This document shows positions 1 to 10,196 of a DNA stretch of 64,000 nucleotides, one piece after another. Where the stretch lies: contig JAZSPQ010000005.1 of the NCBI GenBank assembly GCA_045537485.1, forward strand, positions 45,810 to 109,809, read 5' to 3'. The notes below the pieces were generated by a model. That model worked only from the letters and a program-made list of their open reading frames with translations. It did no database searches and was not told the origin of the DNA. The position numbers were made by a program, and so were the translations under genes. The stretch comes from Acutalibacteraceae bacterium (GTDB lineage Bacteria; Bacillota; Clostridia; Oscillospirales; Acutalibacteraceae). The stretch's first letter is position 1, and every line of letters begins with the position of its first letter.

Positions 1-1
1 T

Positions 2-592
2 ATAATTCCGATGCGGCAGCTTGCAAGCGACTTAGCGGATGAGCTTTTTAAAATTGACGATAAAATGAATCTTGTGCCGACGAAGATGGTGTCACGAATA
101 CGACGGGATACCAGATTTTCCAAAAACAAGGATTTATACCGTGCAAATGTCTGGTGCATGTTTATGCGTGATAAGCATCAATGGAATTATCAACCCTGTA
201 TGTGGTTTGAGTATTTTCCTGACTGCTACAGCTACGGTATAGGTATGTTCAGAACCGATGCCGACTATCTCGATTGCTTCAGGGAGATACTCAGGGAAAA
301 TCAACAGGAATTCAGAGATGCTTTGCGACTGATTGAAGTCACAGGAGCTGTGTGCAATATCGAAAGCTATAAAAAAGACAAGCCCGGTATTGAAGAAATT
401 GATCCTGATTTAAGAAAATTTTATAACTGTAAGAATATTGGGTTCGTTTATTATAACGCAGATATCAACAATCTGATCAACGGCTCAATTAAAGAAGAGC
501 TCACCTATGCATTAAGAGCCTTTGGTCCTATGTACAGGTTTCTTCTGAGAGTAACGGAAAAAATGTATGAAAAGGGTGAACTTAATGAGTGA
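2..592 (+). CDS. DUF2461 (TIGR02453-like) family protein, N-terminus cut by the window edge
   Basis: The frame is open back to base 2. The motif RIRRDTRFSKNKDLYRANVW fits the R-D-x-R-F-S-K-D-K core I associate with DUF2461. Stop TGA at 590-592. Confidence 0.6.
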   Translation: MIPMRQLASDLADELFKIDDKMNLVPTKMVSRIRRDTRFSKNKDLYRANVWCMFMRDKHQWNYQPCMWFEYFPDCYSYGIGMFRTDADYLDCFREILRENQQEFRDALRLIEVTGAVCNIESYKKDKPGIEEIDPDLRKFYNCKNIGFVYYNADINNLINGSIKEELTYALRAFGPMYRFLLRVTEKMYEKGELNE

Positions 593-2096
593 AAATATTT
601 ATGCAGCTTTAAAAAGCGGCACAGATATCAGAGGTACAGCAGTTGAAGGTGTGCCGGGCGAGACCGTTGAATTAACCGACAAGGCGGTATTTGATTTAAC
701 GGTCGGTTTCTGCAAATGGTTAGCTAAAAACAACTATAATAAGAATAAAAAAATTGCCGTTGGTCACGATTCAAGAATCTCAGCTGAGAGAATTAAGAGT
801 AACATCATCGATGCGCTTTCACAGTTTGATTTTGAAATATATGACTGTTCCTATGCATCTACTCCCGCTATGTTTATGTCGACGGTGGATATGGGTTTTG
901 TTGCTGCAATTCAGATAACTGCGAGCCATCATCCTTTTAATAAGAACGGTCTGAAATTTTTTACTGAAAACGGTGGTCTTGACGGTAAGGATATATCCGA
1001 AATAATTGAGCTTGCTGTTGAGCCTTTCAAAAGAACTGAAAAAGCACCGAATGTAATTTCTTGCGATTATATGAGTCTTTATGCAAAAAGACTGCGTGAT
1101 ATGATCTGCAGAGAGGTTAACGCTGAAAATTATGAAAAACCTCTTGAAGGTTACAAGATCATAGTTGACGCCGGCAACGGTGTAGGAGGCTTTTATGCCA
1201 CAGACGTTCTCGCACCTTTGGGGGCCGACACGGAAGGAAGCTGTTATCTTGAGAAAGACGGTATGTTCCCAAATCATGCCCCAAATCCTGAAAACAAAGC
1301 TGCAATGGAATCTATCTGCAGCGCAACAATCAGCAGCAACGCAGACTTAGGTGTTATATTTGACACTGATGTTGACAGGGCAGGTTGTGTTGACGAAAAC
1401 GGCAAAGAAATCAACAGAAACCGTCTGGTTGCTTTGGCATCAATTATTGCTTTAGAAAATAACGAGGGCGGTACTGTTGTAACTGACAGTGTCACATCAA
1501 CCGGGCTGACGGATTTCATTAACAACACTCTGAAAGGTGTGCACTACAGGTTCAAGCGAGGATATAAAAACGTTATTAATGAACAGATTCGTCTTCAGAA
1601 CGAAGGTGTTAACTGTCCGTTGGCCATTGAAACCTCGGGGCATGCTGCCTTCAGAGAAAATTATTATCTTGATGACGGAGCATATCTTATTACAAAAATT
1701 ATAATAAAAATGGCACAGTTAGGTAGGGAAGACAAAAAAATAAACTCTCTTATCAGTGAGCTGAAGGATCCGAAGGAAGAAAAAGAGTTTAGATTTAAAA
1801 TTTTGGAAAGCGACTTCAGAAACTACGGAAATTCAGTTATATCTGAATTGGAAAAGTACGCGGAGAATCAGGGTGACTGGCGAATTGCCGACGATAACAG
1901 AGAGGGCATTCGCGCTTACTTTGACGGTAATGATGAAAAGGGTTGGCTTTTACTCAGGCTCAGTGTACACGACCCGATTATGCCGCTCAACATTGAAAGT
2001 GATGTTGAAGGCGGAGTTAAAAAAATTGTCCGTAAATTCAAAAAGTTTATAGCAGCTTTTGATAAACTGGATACGAGCTCAATTATGAATTTTTAA
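585..2096 (+). CDS. phosphoglucomutase/phosphomannomutase-family phosphohexose mutase
   Basis: Catalytic Ser loop TASHHPFNKNG, GNGVGG, and metal loop DTDVDR. ATG 585 is preferred over 567 because an AAGGGTG SD lies 6 nt upstream, giving an 8-nt overlap with the upstream stop. Confidence 0.85.
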   Translation: MSENIYAALKSGTDIRGTAVEGVPGETVELTDKAVFDLTVGFCKWLAKNNYNKNKKIAVGHDSRISAERIKSNIIDALSQFDFEIYDCSYASTPAMFMSTVDMGFVAAIQITASHHPFNKNGLKFFTENGGLDGKDISEIIELAVEPFKRTEKAPNVISCDYMSLYAKRLRDMICREVNAENYEKPLEGYKIIVDAGNGVGGFYATDVLAPLGADTEGSCYLEKDGMFPNHAPNPENKAAMESICSATISSNADLGVIFDTDVDRAGCVDENGKEINRNRLVALASIIALENNEGGTVVTDSVTSTGLTDFINNTLKGVHYRFKRGYKNVINEQIRLQNEGVNCPLAIETSGHAAFRENYYLDDGAYLITKIIIKMAQLGREDKKINSLISELKDPKEEKEFRFKILESDFRNYGNSVISELEKYAENQGDWRIADDNREGIRAYFDGNDEKGWLLLRLSVHDPIMPLNIESDVEGGVKKIVRKFKKFIAAFDKLDTSSIMNF

Positions 2097-2117
2097 CTTT
2101 TAAAAAGGAGGTTTAAT

Positions 2118-3440
2118 ATGCGTAAATATTTTACGGCATTTATCGGTTTTGGTTTTCTTGCAATAGTTATAACCGTTGTTTGCCTTTTAAGCTTTAAACC
2201 GATTGAATCTCTGCTGAAACCTCCTATGTCCGGTGGCGAAAACCATGAAATTCAGATAGCTTTTGAAAAATCAATCAATAAAAGCTATAAGCTCAGAGCA
2301 CCTTTAAGCGGTGATTACCGATCTTCATATATTTTTGAGGATTTAGACGGTGATCTCCAGGATGAGGTTATCGTGTTTTATTCAACATCGGATGCACTTG
2401 ATATAGTTAAAATGAGCTTTTTGGTCAAGGAAAACAATGAATGGAAGTCTATTGCCGGTTTTGAAAGCTCCTATAGCGAGATTCATCAGATAAGGTTTGC
2501 CGATCTTGACAAAGACGGTGTTATGGAAGTGCTCGTTGGCTGGGCTGTTTATCAGAACGATCTTTCAAGAAACCTGAATGTTTATAAAGTGCCGCTAAAA
2601 AACAGCGACAATTTTGATATGATTTACAGCTGTGCTTATTCCGATTTTGACACTGCAGATATCGATAATGACGGTGACGAGGATATTGCGGTATTTGAAA
2701 GCGACAGCGGCACAGGAATACGTCTCAATTTCAACGCTTTTGAAAATGACGGAATTGTTACCAAAGCCTCTGTTTTACTTGATTCATCGGTGTACTCTGT
2801 TTTGAATATTTCACAGGATAATTCGTCCGTAATCGGTCACACCAGATTGTTTGTTGACGGTTATAAGATCGATGCAGGTATTGTTACTGAATGTGTATAT
2901 TGGAACAAGGAAAGCGAAACTCTGGAAAAATTTAAACCTAAAAACAACACAGCAGTGCTTTCTTCAAGAATGACAAACATAGTATGTCAGGATGTAAATG
3001 ACAACGGACTTATTGATGTTCCTGTTGAGGTTCCTCTTAATGACAGCAAAATAATAACAGAAAATCAGGCAGGTCCACAGATTCAGAATATCATCAAATG
3101 GGTACAGTTTGACGGTGATGCGTCAGATACAGTAACGCAGCAGCTGATATACGGCAATAATGATTTCAGAATAACCTTCAATGATGAATGGATGAAAAAT
3201 ATAACTGTGATAAACAACTACAATAATAACACAATATATTTTTATTCGGCAGATGATGACGATAAGAAAATGCTGTTTGAGTTGAAATATATATCCACTC
3301 AGGCACAGGAAGATGAGCTGACAAATAAATATAAAATTCTCACTGAAACAAAAAAAGGCAAACTGTTTTACGTTATATATAATTCTGACAGGGAGCTGAA
3401 TATAAACAAATTTTTCTTGGAAAAAAACATTGTTTTTTGA
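2118..3440 (+). CDS. membrane-anchored protein with four DxDxDG (FG-GAP/VCBS-like) repeats, function unknown
   Basis: AGGAGG SD upstream. N-terminal TM helix FTAFIGFGFLAIVITVVCLL. Repeated motifs DLDGDLQDEVIV, DLDKDGVMEVLV, DIDNDGDEDIAV and DVNDNGLIDVPV. Confidence 0.6.
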   Translation: MRKYFTAFIGFGFLAIVITVVCLLSFKPIESLLKPPMSGGENHEIQIAFEKSINKSYKLRAPLSGDYRSSYIFEDLDGDLQDEVIVFYSTSDALDIVKMSFLVKENNEWKSIAGFESSYSEIHQIRFADLDKDGVMEVLVGWAVYQNDLSRNLNVYKVPLKNSDNFDMIYSCAYSDFDTADIDNDGDEDIAVFESDSGTGIRLNFNAFENDGIVTKASVLLDSSVYSVLNISQDNSSVIGHTRLFVDGYKIDAGIVTECVYWNKESETLEKFKPKNNTAVLSSRMTNIVCQDVNDNGLIDVPVEVPLNDSKIITENQAGPQIQNIIKWVQFDGDASDTVTQQLIYGNNDFRITFNDEWMKNITVINNYNNNTIYFYSADDDDKKMLFELKYISTQAQEDELTNKYKILTETKKGKLFYVIYNSDRELNINKFFLEKNIVF

Positions 3441-3457
3441 TGGAGGGTGTATACTTT

Positions 3458-4159
3458 ATGAGGACGGTTTTAGTAGCAGAGGATGAAAGCTCAATCAGAG
3501 ATTTTATAGTTGTAAACCTTAAAATTGCAGGTTTTGATGCTGTTGAGGCACATGACGGTTTGCAGGCAATAGAGCTTTACGACCGATATTCAGATAAAAT
3601 TGATATTGCATTACTTGATGTAATGATGCCGGGTGCTGACGGACTTGAGGTTTGTAAGCACATACGGGAAAAAAACTCAAATGTCGGTATTGTGTTCCTC
3701 ACAGCAAGGGCTCAGGAGCAGAATATTGTGAGCGGTTTCAAGTGCGGAGCTGATGACTATGTTATAAAACCCTTTTCTCCCTCTGAGCTCATTGCAAGAA
3801 TTGAAACTCTCCACAGAAGAGTAGAGTACAGCAAAAAGCTTATAAATTCTGTCCAGAGTGATACAATAAAGCTCGGTGACTATGTTCTTGATCTAAAAAA
3901 ACATAACATTTGTCATAATGATGAGGTTATTGAGCTCACTCAGATTGAATTTCAGATATTGGAATGCTTCTTTAATGAACCGGGCAAATCAATAGACCGT
4001 AAATACATATTAAACAAGGTTTGGGGAGACCCCTATTTCGGAGACGATAAGGTTGTTGATGTTAATATCAGAAGATTGAGGTTAAAGCTTGAAGAAAGCC
4101 CTTCAAATCCGAGACATCTCATTACTGTTTGGGGACAGGGTTACTGCTGGAAGGAATAA
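3458..4159 (+). CDS. OmpR/PhoB-family response regulator
   Basis: Receiver start MRTVLVAEDE, phospho-acceptor context LLDVMMPG, and a winged-helix C-terminus (VDVNIRRLRLKLE...TVWGQGY). Start moved to ATG 3458. Confidence 0.9.
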   Translation: MRTVLVAEDESSIRDFIVVNLKIAGFDAVEAHDGLQAIELYDRYSDKIDIALLDVMMPGADGLEVCKHIREKNSNVGIVFLTARAQEQNIVSGFKCGADDYVIKPFSPSELIARIETLHRRVEYSKKLINSVQSDTIKLGDYVLDLKKHNICHNDEVIELTQIEFQILECFFNEPGKSIDRKYILNKVWGDPYFGDDKVVDVNIRRLRLKLEESPSNPRHLITVWGQGYCWKE

Positions 4160-4181
4160 AAAAGACTAAGGAGGTATTGCA

Positions 4182-5603
4182 GTGAAGCGCTCAATTAAGC
4201 GTAGGTGGATGAAAAACATATTATTAACAATCATTGTGGTACTTCTGATTTGCTCGTCAATTATTTTGTTTACGGTATATAACAGGTATCACAATACTGT
4301 TGAGCAAACCATCAGAGCTCGTATCACCAGATCGGTTGACACTTTCTTTTTACCGTACAGTACAGCAGATGAGGAAACCTTTGCAATATGTGCGGCGGAG
4401 TTTGTTGATACCTTTATGTATAAGGATATAATGGAGGTTTGGGTTCTCGACAAAAACGGTAATATGATTGTGTCCTCAAGCGGATTCAGCGAAGAAAACG
4501 AGGATGTATATGACGATTATCTTGAGGCTCTTTATTCGGAAAACAAAATCGGCTCAGCTCTTACAACTCTTGAATCAGGTGAACACGTTACCGCCGTAAC
4601 TTACATTCTGAGAGATGAGAACGAGGAGCCCTACGGCGCTTTGAGATATATGATTTCAATGCAGGACATTGACAAGCAGTTTTTACTTATAACAATTCTC
4701 GTAATTATAATCCTTATTATGGTAATACTTATTTTCGCAATGTCAGGTGTATATTTTATCGCTTCTATAGTAAATCCGCTGCAGAGAATAAATCTTATAA
4801 CCAAGGAAATTGCGAAAGGAAACTTTGAGGTGCGAATTGAATCGGAAAACGATGACGAAATAGGTGAGCTTGCTTCGTCGATAAATGATATGGCTCTCAG
4901 GTTGAGTGAAATCGACGAAATGAAAAATGAGTTTATTTCAACGGTATCTCATGAAATCCGCACGCCGCTGACGTCGATTAAAGGCTGGGGTGAAACCTTA
5001 ATCAACGTCGGTGAAAACAATGAATTGACACAAAAAGGCTTAGGCATTATTGTTGATGAAACTACAAGACTTTCAACTATGGTTGAAGAGCTTCTTGATT
5101 TTTCGAGAATTCAGAACGGTAAATTGACGGTAAACAAGGAAAAATTAGATATTGTTTCGGCGGTTGAGCTGACTTATTCGATTTACAAACAAAAATCCGA
5201 AAGCGACAATTTGGAATTTGCTATGAATTGCAAACAACCAAGGATATTCGTTTATGCGGACCGTGATAAAATACGTCAGGTACTGATAAATATTCTTGAC
5301 AATGCCTTTAAATATACATCCGAGGGCGGAAAAATTGAATTGTCTCTTGAAAAATATAAGAAGCATGCAAAAATCACAGTCACGGACAGTGGCTGCGGAA
5401 TTGACGAAAAAGATCTGTTGCATGTAAAGGAAAAGTTTTACAAAGCAAATAACACTGTCAGAGGCACAGGGATAGGACTTGCTGTGGCGGATGAAATTGT
5501 CCGAATGCATGACGGTGAATTAAATATAAAAAGCGAGACAGGTAAAGGAACGAGTGTTGAAGTTTACTTACCCTTGTATACAAAGGAGTCAGATTATGAA
5601 TAA
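4182..5603 (+). CDS. sensor histidine kinase (2 TM, extracytoplasmic domain, HAMP, HisKA, HATPase_c)
   Basis: GTG start with an AAGGAGG SD. H-box SHEIRTPLTSI, N box DNAFKYT, G boxes DSGCGI and GTGIGL. Confidence 0.9.
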   Translation: MKRSIKRRWMKNILLTIIVVLLICSSIILFTVYNRYHNTVEQTIRARITRSVDTFFLPYSTADEETFAICAAEFVDTFMYKDIMEVWVLDKNGNMIVSSSGFSEENEDVYDDYLEALYSENKIGSALTTLESGEHVTAVTYILRDENEEPYGALRYMISMQDIDKQFLLITILVIIILIMVILIFAMSGVYFIASIVNPLQRINLITKEIAKGNFEVRIESENDDEIGELASSINDMALRLSEIDEMKNEFISTVSHEIRTPLTSIKGWGETLINVGENNELTQKGLGIIVDETTRLSTMVEELLDFSRIQNGKLTVNKEKLDIVSAVELTYSIYKQKSESDNLEFAMNCKQPRIFVYADRDKIRQVLINILDNAFKYTSEGGKIELSLEKYKKHAKITVTDSGCGIDEKDLLHVKEKFYKANNTVRGTGIGLAVADEIVRMHDGELNIKSETGKGTSVEVYLPLYTKESDYE

Positions 5604-6579
5604 AAAAGAAAAATCAGCTTGCAAGCTTTCAATCGGAGGTCAGGCCCTGATTGAAGGTATTATGATGCAGGGGCCGAATGGTGCAGCGGTATCGGTAAGA
5701 TGCCCTGACGGAAGTATTGATACAGAAATTATTGAAGTTAAGCATATCAAGGATAAAATTAAATTTTTGGGTTGGCCGCTCGTCAGAGGTATAGTCAATT
5801 ATATTGAATCAATGGTTTTCGGCTACAAATGCCTTATGATTTCAGCAGAAAAGTCAGGGCTTGAGGATATCGAGAACACTGATGAAAATTCATCAAAGCT
5901 TGATAAGTGGCTCACTGAGCATCTTAACAAGAAGGTTATGGGTGTAATAACGGGTATCGCTTCAATAATCGGTGTTTTGCTTGCATTTTTCCTATTTTTT
6001 TATCTTCCAACTGCTGCAGTTAATTTATTGAATAGGCTTTCAGGCGAGGTGCTGACAAACTACCGTGCTCTTTTTGAAGGAATAATCAGAATGGCGATCT
6101 TTGTCTTATACATCGCTCTGGTTTCTCTTATGAAAGACATTAAGCGTACTTTTATGTATCACGGGGCAGAACACAAGACAATATTCTGTTATGAGAACGG
6201 TCTAGAGCTTACTGTTGAGAATGTAAAAAAACAGTCGCGCTTTCATCCCAGATGCGGCACAAGCTTCATTTTTGTTATCATTATCATCAGTGTTATTATT
6301 TCATCTGTAATTTCAGTTACAACATCGCTTCATTCCAACAACATTCTTTGGATGGGTGTAAAACTGCTTATCCTTCCTCTTGTAACAGGCTTCAGCTATG
6401 AGTTCATTAAATATGCAGGCAGACATAATAATCTGTTCGTTAAAATACTTGCAGCACCGGGTCTCTGGATGCAGAGGCTTACAACAAAGGAACCTGACGA
6501 TCAGATGATAGAAGTTGCACTGGAGGCTTTCAAGGCAGTACTCCCTGGCGAAACGGGAGATGTGAAAGATGAAGCTTAA
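5596..6579 (+). CDS. DUF1385 domain membrane protein (commonly adjacent to prmC)
   Basis: Motifs GGQALIEGIMM and YHGAEHK, with several TM helices. ATG 5596 has an AAGGAG SD 8 nt upstream. Confidence 0.8.
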   Translation: MNKKEKSACKLSIGGQALIEGIMMQGPNGAAVSVRCPDGSIDTEIIEVKHIKDKIKFLGWPLVRGIVNYIESMVFGYKCLMISAEKSGLEDIENTDENSSKLDKWLTEHLNKKVMGVITGIASIIGVLLAFFLFFYLPTAAVNLLNRLSGEVLTNYRALFEGIIRMAIFVLYIALVSLMKDIKRTFMYHGAEHKTIFCYENGLELTVENVKKQSRFHPRCGTSFIFVIIIISVIISSVISVTTSLHSNNILWMGVKLLILPLVTGFSYEFIKYAGRHNNLFVKILAAPGLWMQRLTTKEPDDQMIEVALEAFKAVLPGETGDVKDEA

Positions 6580-7420
6580 CATTCTGTATAACACGGTACT
6601 CAGGCAGCTTGATGATAATTCAATAGAGAATTCTGTTTTTGAAGCGAAGGAGCTCATCAAGCATTTTTACAAGCTGTCGGAAAGTGATTTTCTGCTCAGA
6701 AGAAATGATGATTTCTCCGATGTGATATGTCAGGCATTGCAGACCGCTGTTGACAGAAGACTTAACGGCGAGCCGCTGCAGTATATAATCGGCGAATGGG
6801 ATTTTATGGGTTATACCTTCAGCGTCGGTGACGGTGTTCTTATCCCGAGGCCTGAAACAGAGCTTTTATGTGAGTTTGTAATTGAAAGTATACTTTCTTT
6901 GCAAAGTCCCGTTGTTTACGATTTATGTTCAGGGAGCGGTTGCATAGGGATATCTGTGAAAAAAGCAGTTCCTTCAGCAGAGGTTTATCTTGTGGAAAAA
7001 AGCGATCTCGCTTATAAATACCTTAAGAAAAACGTCATAAAGCTTTGCGGAGAAAATCAGGTTAACACTGTCAATGCCGATATTTTTAATTTTGATATGT
7101 TTAAAAACAATCAAAAAGCTGATGTTATCGTAAGTAATCCGCCATACATCAGAAGCAGTGAAATCCCCACACTGCAAGCAGAAGTACAGCAGGAACCGGT
7201 TATGGCTCTTGACGGGGGTGAGGACGGCCTTGAATTTTATCGGTTTATCATCACTGAATGGAGACAGCTTCTGAAGGATAACGGTTTTTTTGCTTTTGAA
7301 TGCGGTGAGGATCAAGCGGGGGACATCGCTCAAATTTTAGATAATTACGGATTTGACAGTTTTACACTAAAAGATTATAATAATATAGACAGAATCGTAA
7401 TCGGAAGGAGGAAATGCTGA
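6569..7420 (+). CDS. prmC: peptide chain release factor N5-glutamine methyltransferase
   Basis: SAM motif DLCSGSGCIG, catalytic NPPY, and the PLQYIIGEWDF motif. Confidence 0.9.
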   Translation: MKLNILYNTVLRQLDDNSIENSVFEAKELIKHFYKLSESDFLLRRNDDFSDVICQALQTAVDRRLNGEPLQYIIGEWDFMGYTFSVGDGVLIPRPETELLCEFVIESILSLQSPVVYDLCSGSGCIGISVKKAVPSAEVYLVEKSDLAYKYLKKNVIKLCGENQVNTVNADIFNFDMFKNNQKADVIVSNPPYIRSSEIPTLQAEVQQEPVMALDGGEDGLEFYRFIITEWRQLLKDNGFFAFECGEDQAGDIAQILDNYGFDSFTLKDYNNIDRIVIGRRKC

Positions 7421-8073
7421 TGCTTTTCGGTATTTCAATGGAAAAAATACTTGTGAGGCTTTTCATTGCTGTTTGCATATTGCCAATTCATGAATTCGCA
7501 CATGCTTATACTGCTCACAAACTTGGAGATGATACAGCAAGACTGTCGGAAAGAATGACCATCAATCCGCTTGCTCATATAGATCCTGTCGGAGCGTTAC
7601 TTATGATTTTTGCAGGTGTCGGTTATGCTAAAGCTGTACCTGTAAATATCAGAAACTTCAGAAAGAGAAAACAGTATATGGCTATAGTTTCACTTGCCGG
7701 TCCCGTTTCAAATTTAATTATGGCTTTAATCTTTATGCTTCTTTCCAATGCGACATATTATTTGAGCGGTACGCTGAATAACGCAATATACACAATATAT
7801 ACTTTGTTGATGTATGCAGCGTCCGTGAATATTTCACTTGCTGTATTTAATCTGATTCCCATACCGCCGTTGGACGGTTCAAGAATACTCAGTGTAATAA
7901 TTCCCGACAGGCAATATTACAAGATTATGCAGTATGAAAGGTACCTCATTCTCGTAATTCTTGTGCTTGCTTTTATCGGTGTTCTTTCCGGACCAATCAA
8001 TATAGTTACATCCTACATTCTTAATCTTTTTGATAAAATAACATCATTCCCGTTTATAATGATTTCACAATAA
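7420..8073 (+). CDS. site-2 protease (M50) family zinc metalloprotease
   Basis: HEFAHAY (HExxH) and NLIPIPPLDGSRIL motifs in a polytopic membrane protein. ATG 7420 lies 7 nt after GGAGGA. Confidence 0.8.
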   Translation: MLFGISMEKILVRLFIAVCILPIHEFAHAYTAHKLGDDTARLSERMTINPLAHIDPVGALLMIFAGVGYAKAVPVNIRNFRKRKQYMAIVSLAGPVSNLIMALIFMLLSNATYYLSGTLNNAIYTIYTLLMYAASVNISLAVFNLIPIPPLDGSRILSVIIPDRQYYKIMQYERYLILVILVLAFIGVLSGPINIVTSYILNLFDKITSFPFIMISQ

Positions 8074-8085
8074 CATAGGTGAATT

Positions 8086-8844
8086 ATGGAAAAAATACAG
8101 TATAAATTAGATGTGTTTGAAGGTCCTATGGATCTGCTTTTGCATCTGATAAGTAAACATAAACTGAATATTAATGACATTCCTATTTTTGAGCTTGTGG
8201 AGCAATATATTGACTATGTTCATCAAATGGAAGAGGCCGATATGGAAGTTGCCAGTGATTTTCTGGAAATGGCCGCAAGACTTGTTTATATAAAGTCGGT
8301 GTCACTCTTGCCTGTATACGAAGAAGCTGAGCAACTTAAAAAAGAGCTTACGGGTGAACTGCTTGAATATCAGGATTGCAAAATGATGGCTCAGAAAATT
8401 GCTCAGACAGCAAACGGATTCGATTATTTTTATCGCTCAACAATGCAGCTTGATGTGGATAAAAAATATGAACGTTTACATGAAAGCAATGAGCTTGTCG
8501 GACATTATCTTGAAGCTGTCGGCAGAGGTAAGAGGAAGCTTCCGCCACCCATAGAAGCTTTTACTGCTATCGTTACAAGAAAAATCGTATCCGTCGGTTC
8601 ACGTATCGCAGGGATTTTCTCTAAGCTCAGAAATAAATCCGTGCACCGCTTGGATGATTTTTTCTCAGATGCAGCATCACGTTCGGAAATGGTCGCAACT
8701 TTCCTTGCCATACTGGAGCTTATTAAGGCAAAAAAAATAGTTGCCGACGGTGACGGTGAAGATACTGTAGTCGGGCAAATAGGTGAAATTGAAAATATTG
8801 ATGAATTTATGATCAGTTCAGGTGGTGAAGAATATGATGAATGA
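8086..8844 (+). CDS. scpA: segregation and condensation protein A
   Basis: N-terminus FEGPMDLLLHLI..KLNINDIPI is typical of ScpA, and scpB follows. Confidence 0.9.
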   Translation: MEKIQYKLDVFEGPMDLLLHLISKHKLNINDIPIFELVEQYIDYVHQMEEADMEVASDFLEMAARLVYIKSVSLLPVYEEAEQLKKELTGELLEYQDCKMMAQKIAQTANGFDYFYRSTMQLDVDKKYERLHESNELVGHYLEAVGRGKRKLPPPIEAFTAIVTRKIVSVGSRIAGIFSKLRNKSVHRLDDFFSDAASRSEMVATFLAILELIKAKKIVADGDGEDTVVGQIGEIENIDEFMISSGGEEYDE

Positions 8845-9424
8845 TGCTGAGTTACTTTCAACTCTTGAAGCTGTGCTTTTTGCAGTTGGCGAACCCATTG
8901 AGATTCAGCGACTGTCTCAGGGGCTGCACGTAAGCACAGATATACTTGAAAATGCGCTGATGATCCTTAAAGATAAATATGAAAGCGCTGAGTCCGGCAT
9001 TTGTTTGTTGAAGCTTGATGATAAGTATCAGCTTTGCACAAAGCAAATTTTTGCAGATAGTATAAGAAACGTTATCGAAGTGAAAAAGAACGCACCTCTA
9101 TCTCAGGCGGCTTTTGAGGTTTTAGCCATAATCGCTTATAATCAGCCGGTCACAAAATCTTTTATTGAGCAGATCCGAGGTGTTGATTGCTCCGCGGTAA
9201 TCACAAACTTATGTCAGAAATCACTTATTGAGGAAAAAGGCAGACTCGACCTTCCCGGCAGGCCTCTTATATACGGCACCACACCTGAATTTCTCAGATG
9301 CTTCTGCATTTCTTCTCTTGATGAGCTTCCGGAACTGCCGGAAAAAGAAAAAACTGACGAAAACAATGAAAATGTATCGGAAGATTTGAATTTAATGGTT
9401 GACGAAAACGAAAATTTAGAGTAA
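8834..9424 (+). CDS. scpB: segregation and condensation protein B
   Basis: Motifs LEAVLFAVGEPI and GRPLIYGTTPEFL. It overlaps the end of scpA. Confidence 0.9.
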   Translation: MMNDAELLSTLEAVLFAVGEPIEIQRLSQGLHVSTDILENALMILKDKYESAESGICLLKLDDKYQLCTKQIFADSIRNVIEVKKNAPLSQAAFEVLAIIAYNQPVTKSFIEQIRGVDCSAVITNLCQKSLIEEKGRLDLPGRPLIYGTTPEFLRCFCISSLDELPELPEKEKTDENNENVSEDLNLMVDENENLE

Positions 9425-9458
9425 CATATACTAAGATGATTATTGAGGTGGTGAAAGA

Positions 9459-10190
9459 GTGAACGGTTTTCAGATTTTTTTGTGTGTTTTAGCCTGTATT
9501 ATCGGTTTCTTCGTGCTCATTCTTTCAATACCGATTCATGTCTCGGTTGGATATGACGACAAAATCCGACTGTCGGTTAAATACCTCTTTATCAAGCTTA
9601 ATATTTTACCTGCAGGAGAAAAGAAAAAGAAAGAAAAGCCTGCGAAGGAAAAAAAGCCCAAAGAAGAGAAGCCGAAGGAAGAAAAACCTGAAAAGGAAAA
9701 AAAGCCGAATCCTATAGTTGAGATGGTTAAAGCTAACGGATACGACGGTATGATGCTTGTTATCCGTAATTTAGGAAGAGTACTGGGCACATACGGCGGA
9801 AAGCTTTTTAAAAGTGTAGTTTTTGATGAAATTGTTTTACATATATGTGTTGGTACCGGTGATTCGGCAGCAACAGCTATAAAGTACGGTAAGACCTGTC
9901 AGAAGGTTTATCCGGTTTTTGGTTTTATCTGCTCAAATAATCTTGTCAGACGCTACGATATAGATGTACATCCGGATTTTCTTGCTAATAAAACCGAAAG
10001 TGAGTTTTATTTTGATTTTCACATCTGTATCCGCAAGATTATCAACGCTTCTATAGCAATGGTTTTAAGGCTTATATTCGGAGTTGTTCTTAAGTTCCTG
10101 ACAGGAGCTAAAAAGAACAAAACCTCCAATGAGTCAAAAAATATAAACACGGAACAACAAAAATCAAAACAGACTGTAATGAAAGGATGA
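9459..10190 (+). CDS. DUF2953 (YtfI-like) sporulation-associated membrane protein with a K/E/P-rich insert
   Basis: GTG start after GAGGTGG, with an N-terminal TM helix. It is paired with a downstream gerW/ytfJ homologue, as ytfI-ytfJ are in Bacillus. Confidence 0.6.
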   Translation: MNGFQIFLCVLACIIGFFVLILSIPIHVSVGYDDKIRLSVKYLFIKLNILPAGEKKKKEKPAKEKKPKEEKPKEEKPEKEKKPNPIVEMVKANGYDGMMLVIRNLGRVLGTYGGKLFKSVVFDEIVLHICVGTGDSAATAIKYGKTCQKVYPVFGFICSNNLVRRYDIDVHPDFLANKTESEFYFDFHICIRKIINASIAMVLRLIFGVVLKFLTGAKKNKTSNESKNINTEQQKSKQTVMKG

Positions 10191-10196
10191 TATACA

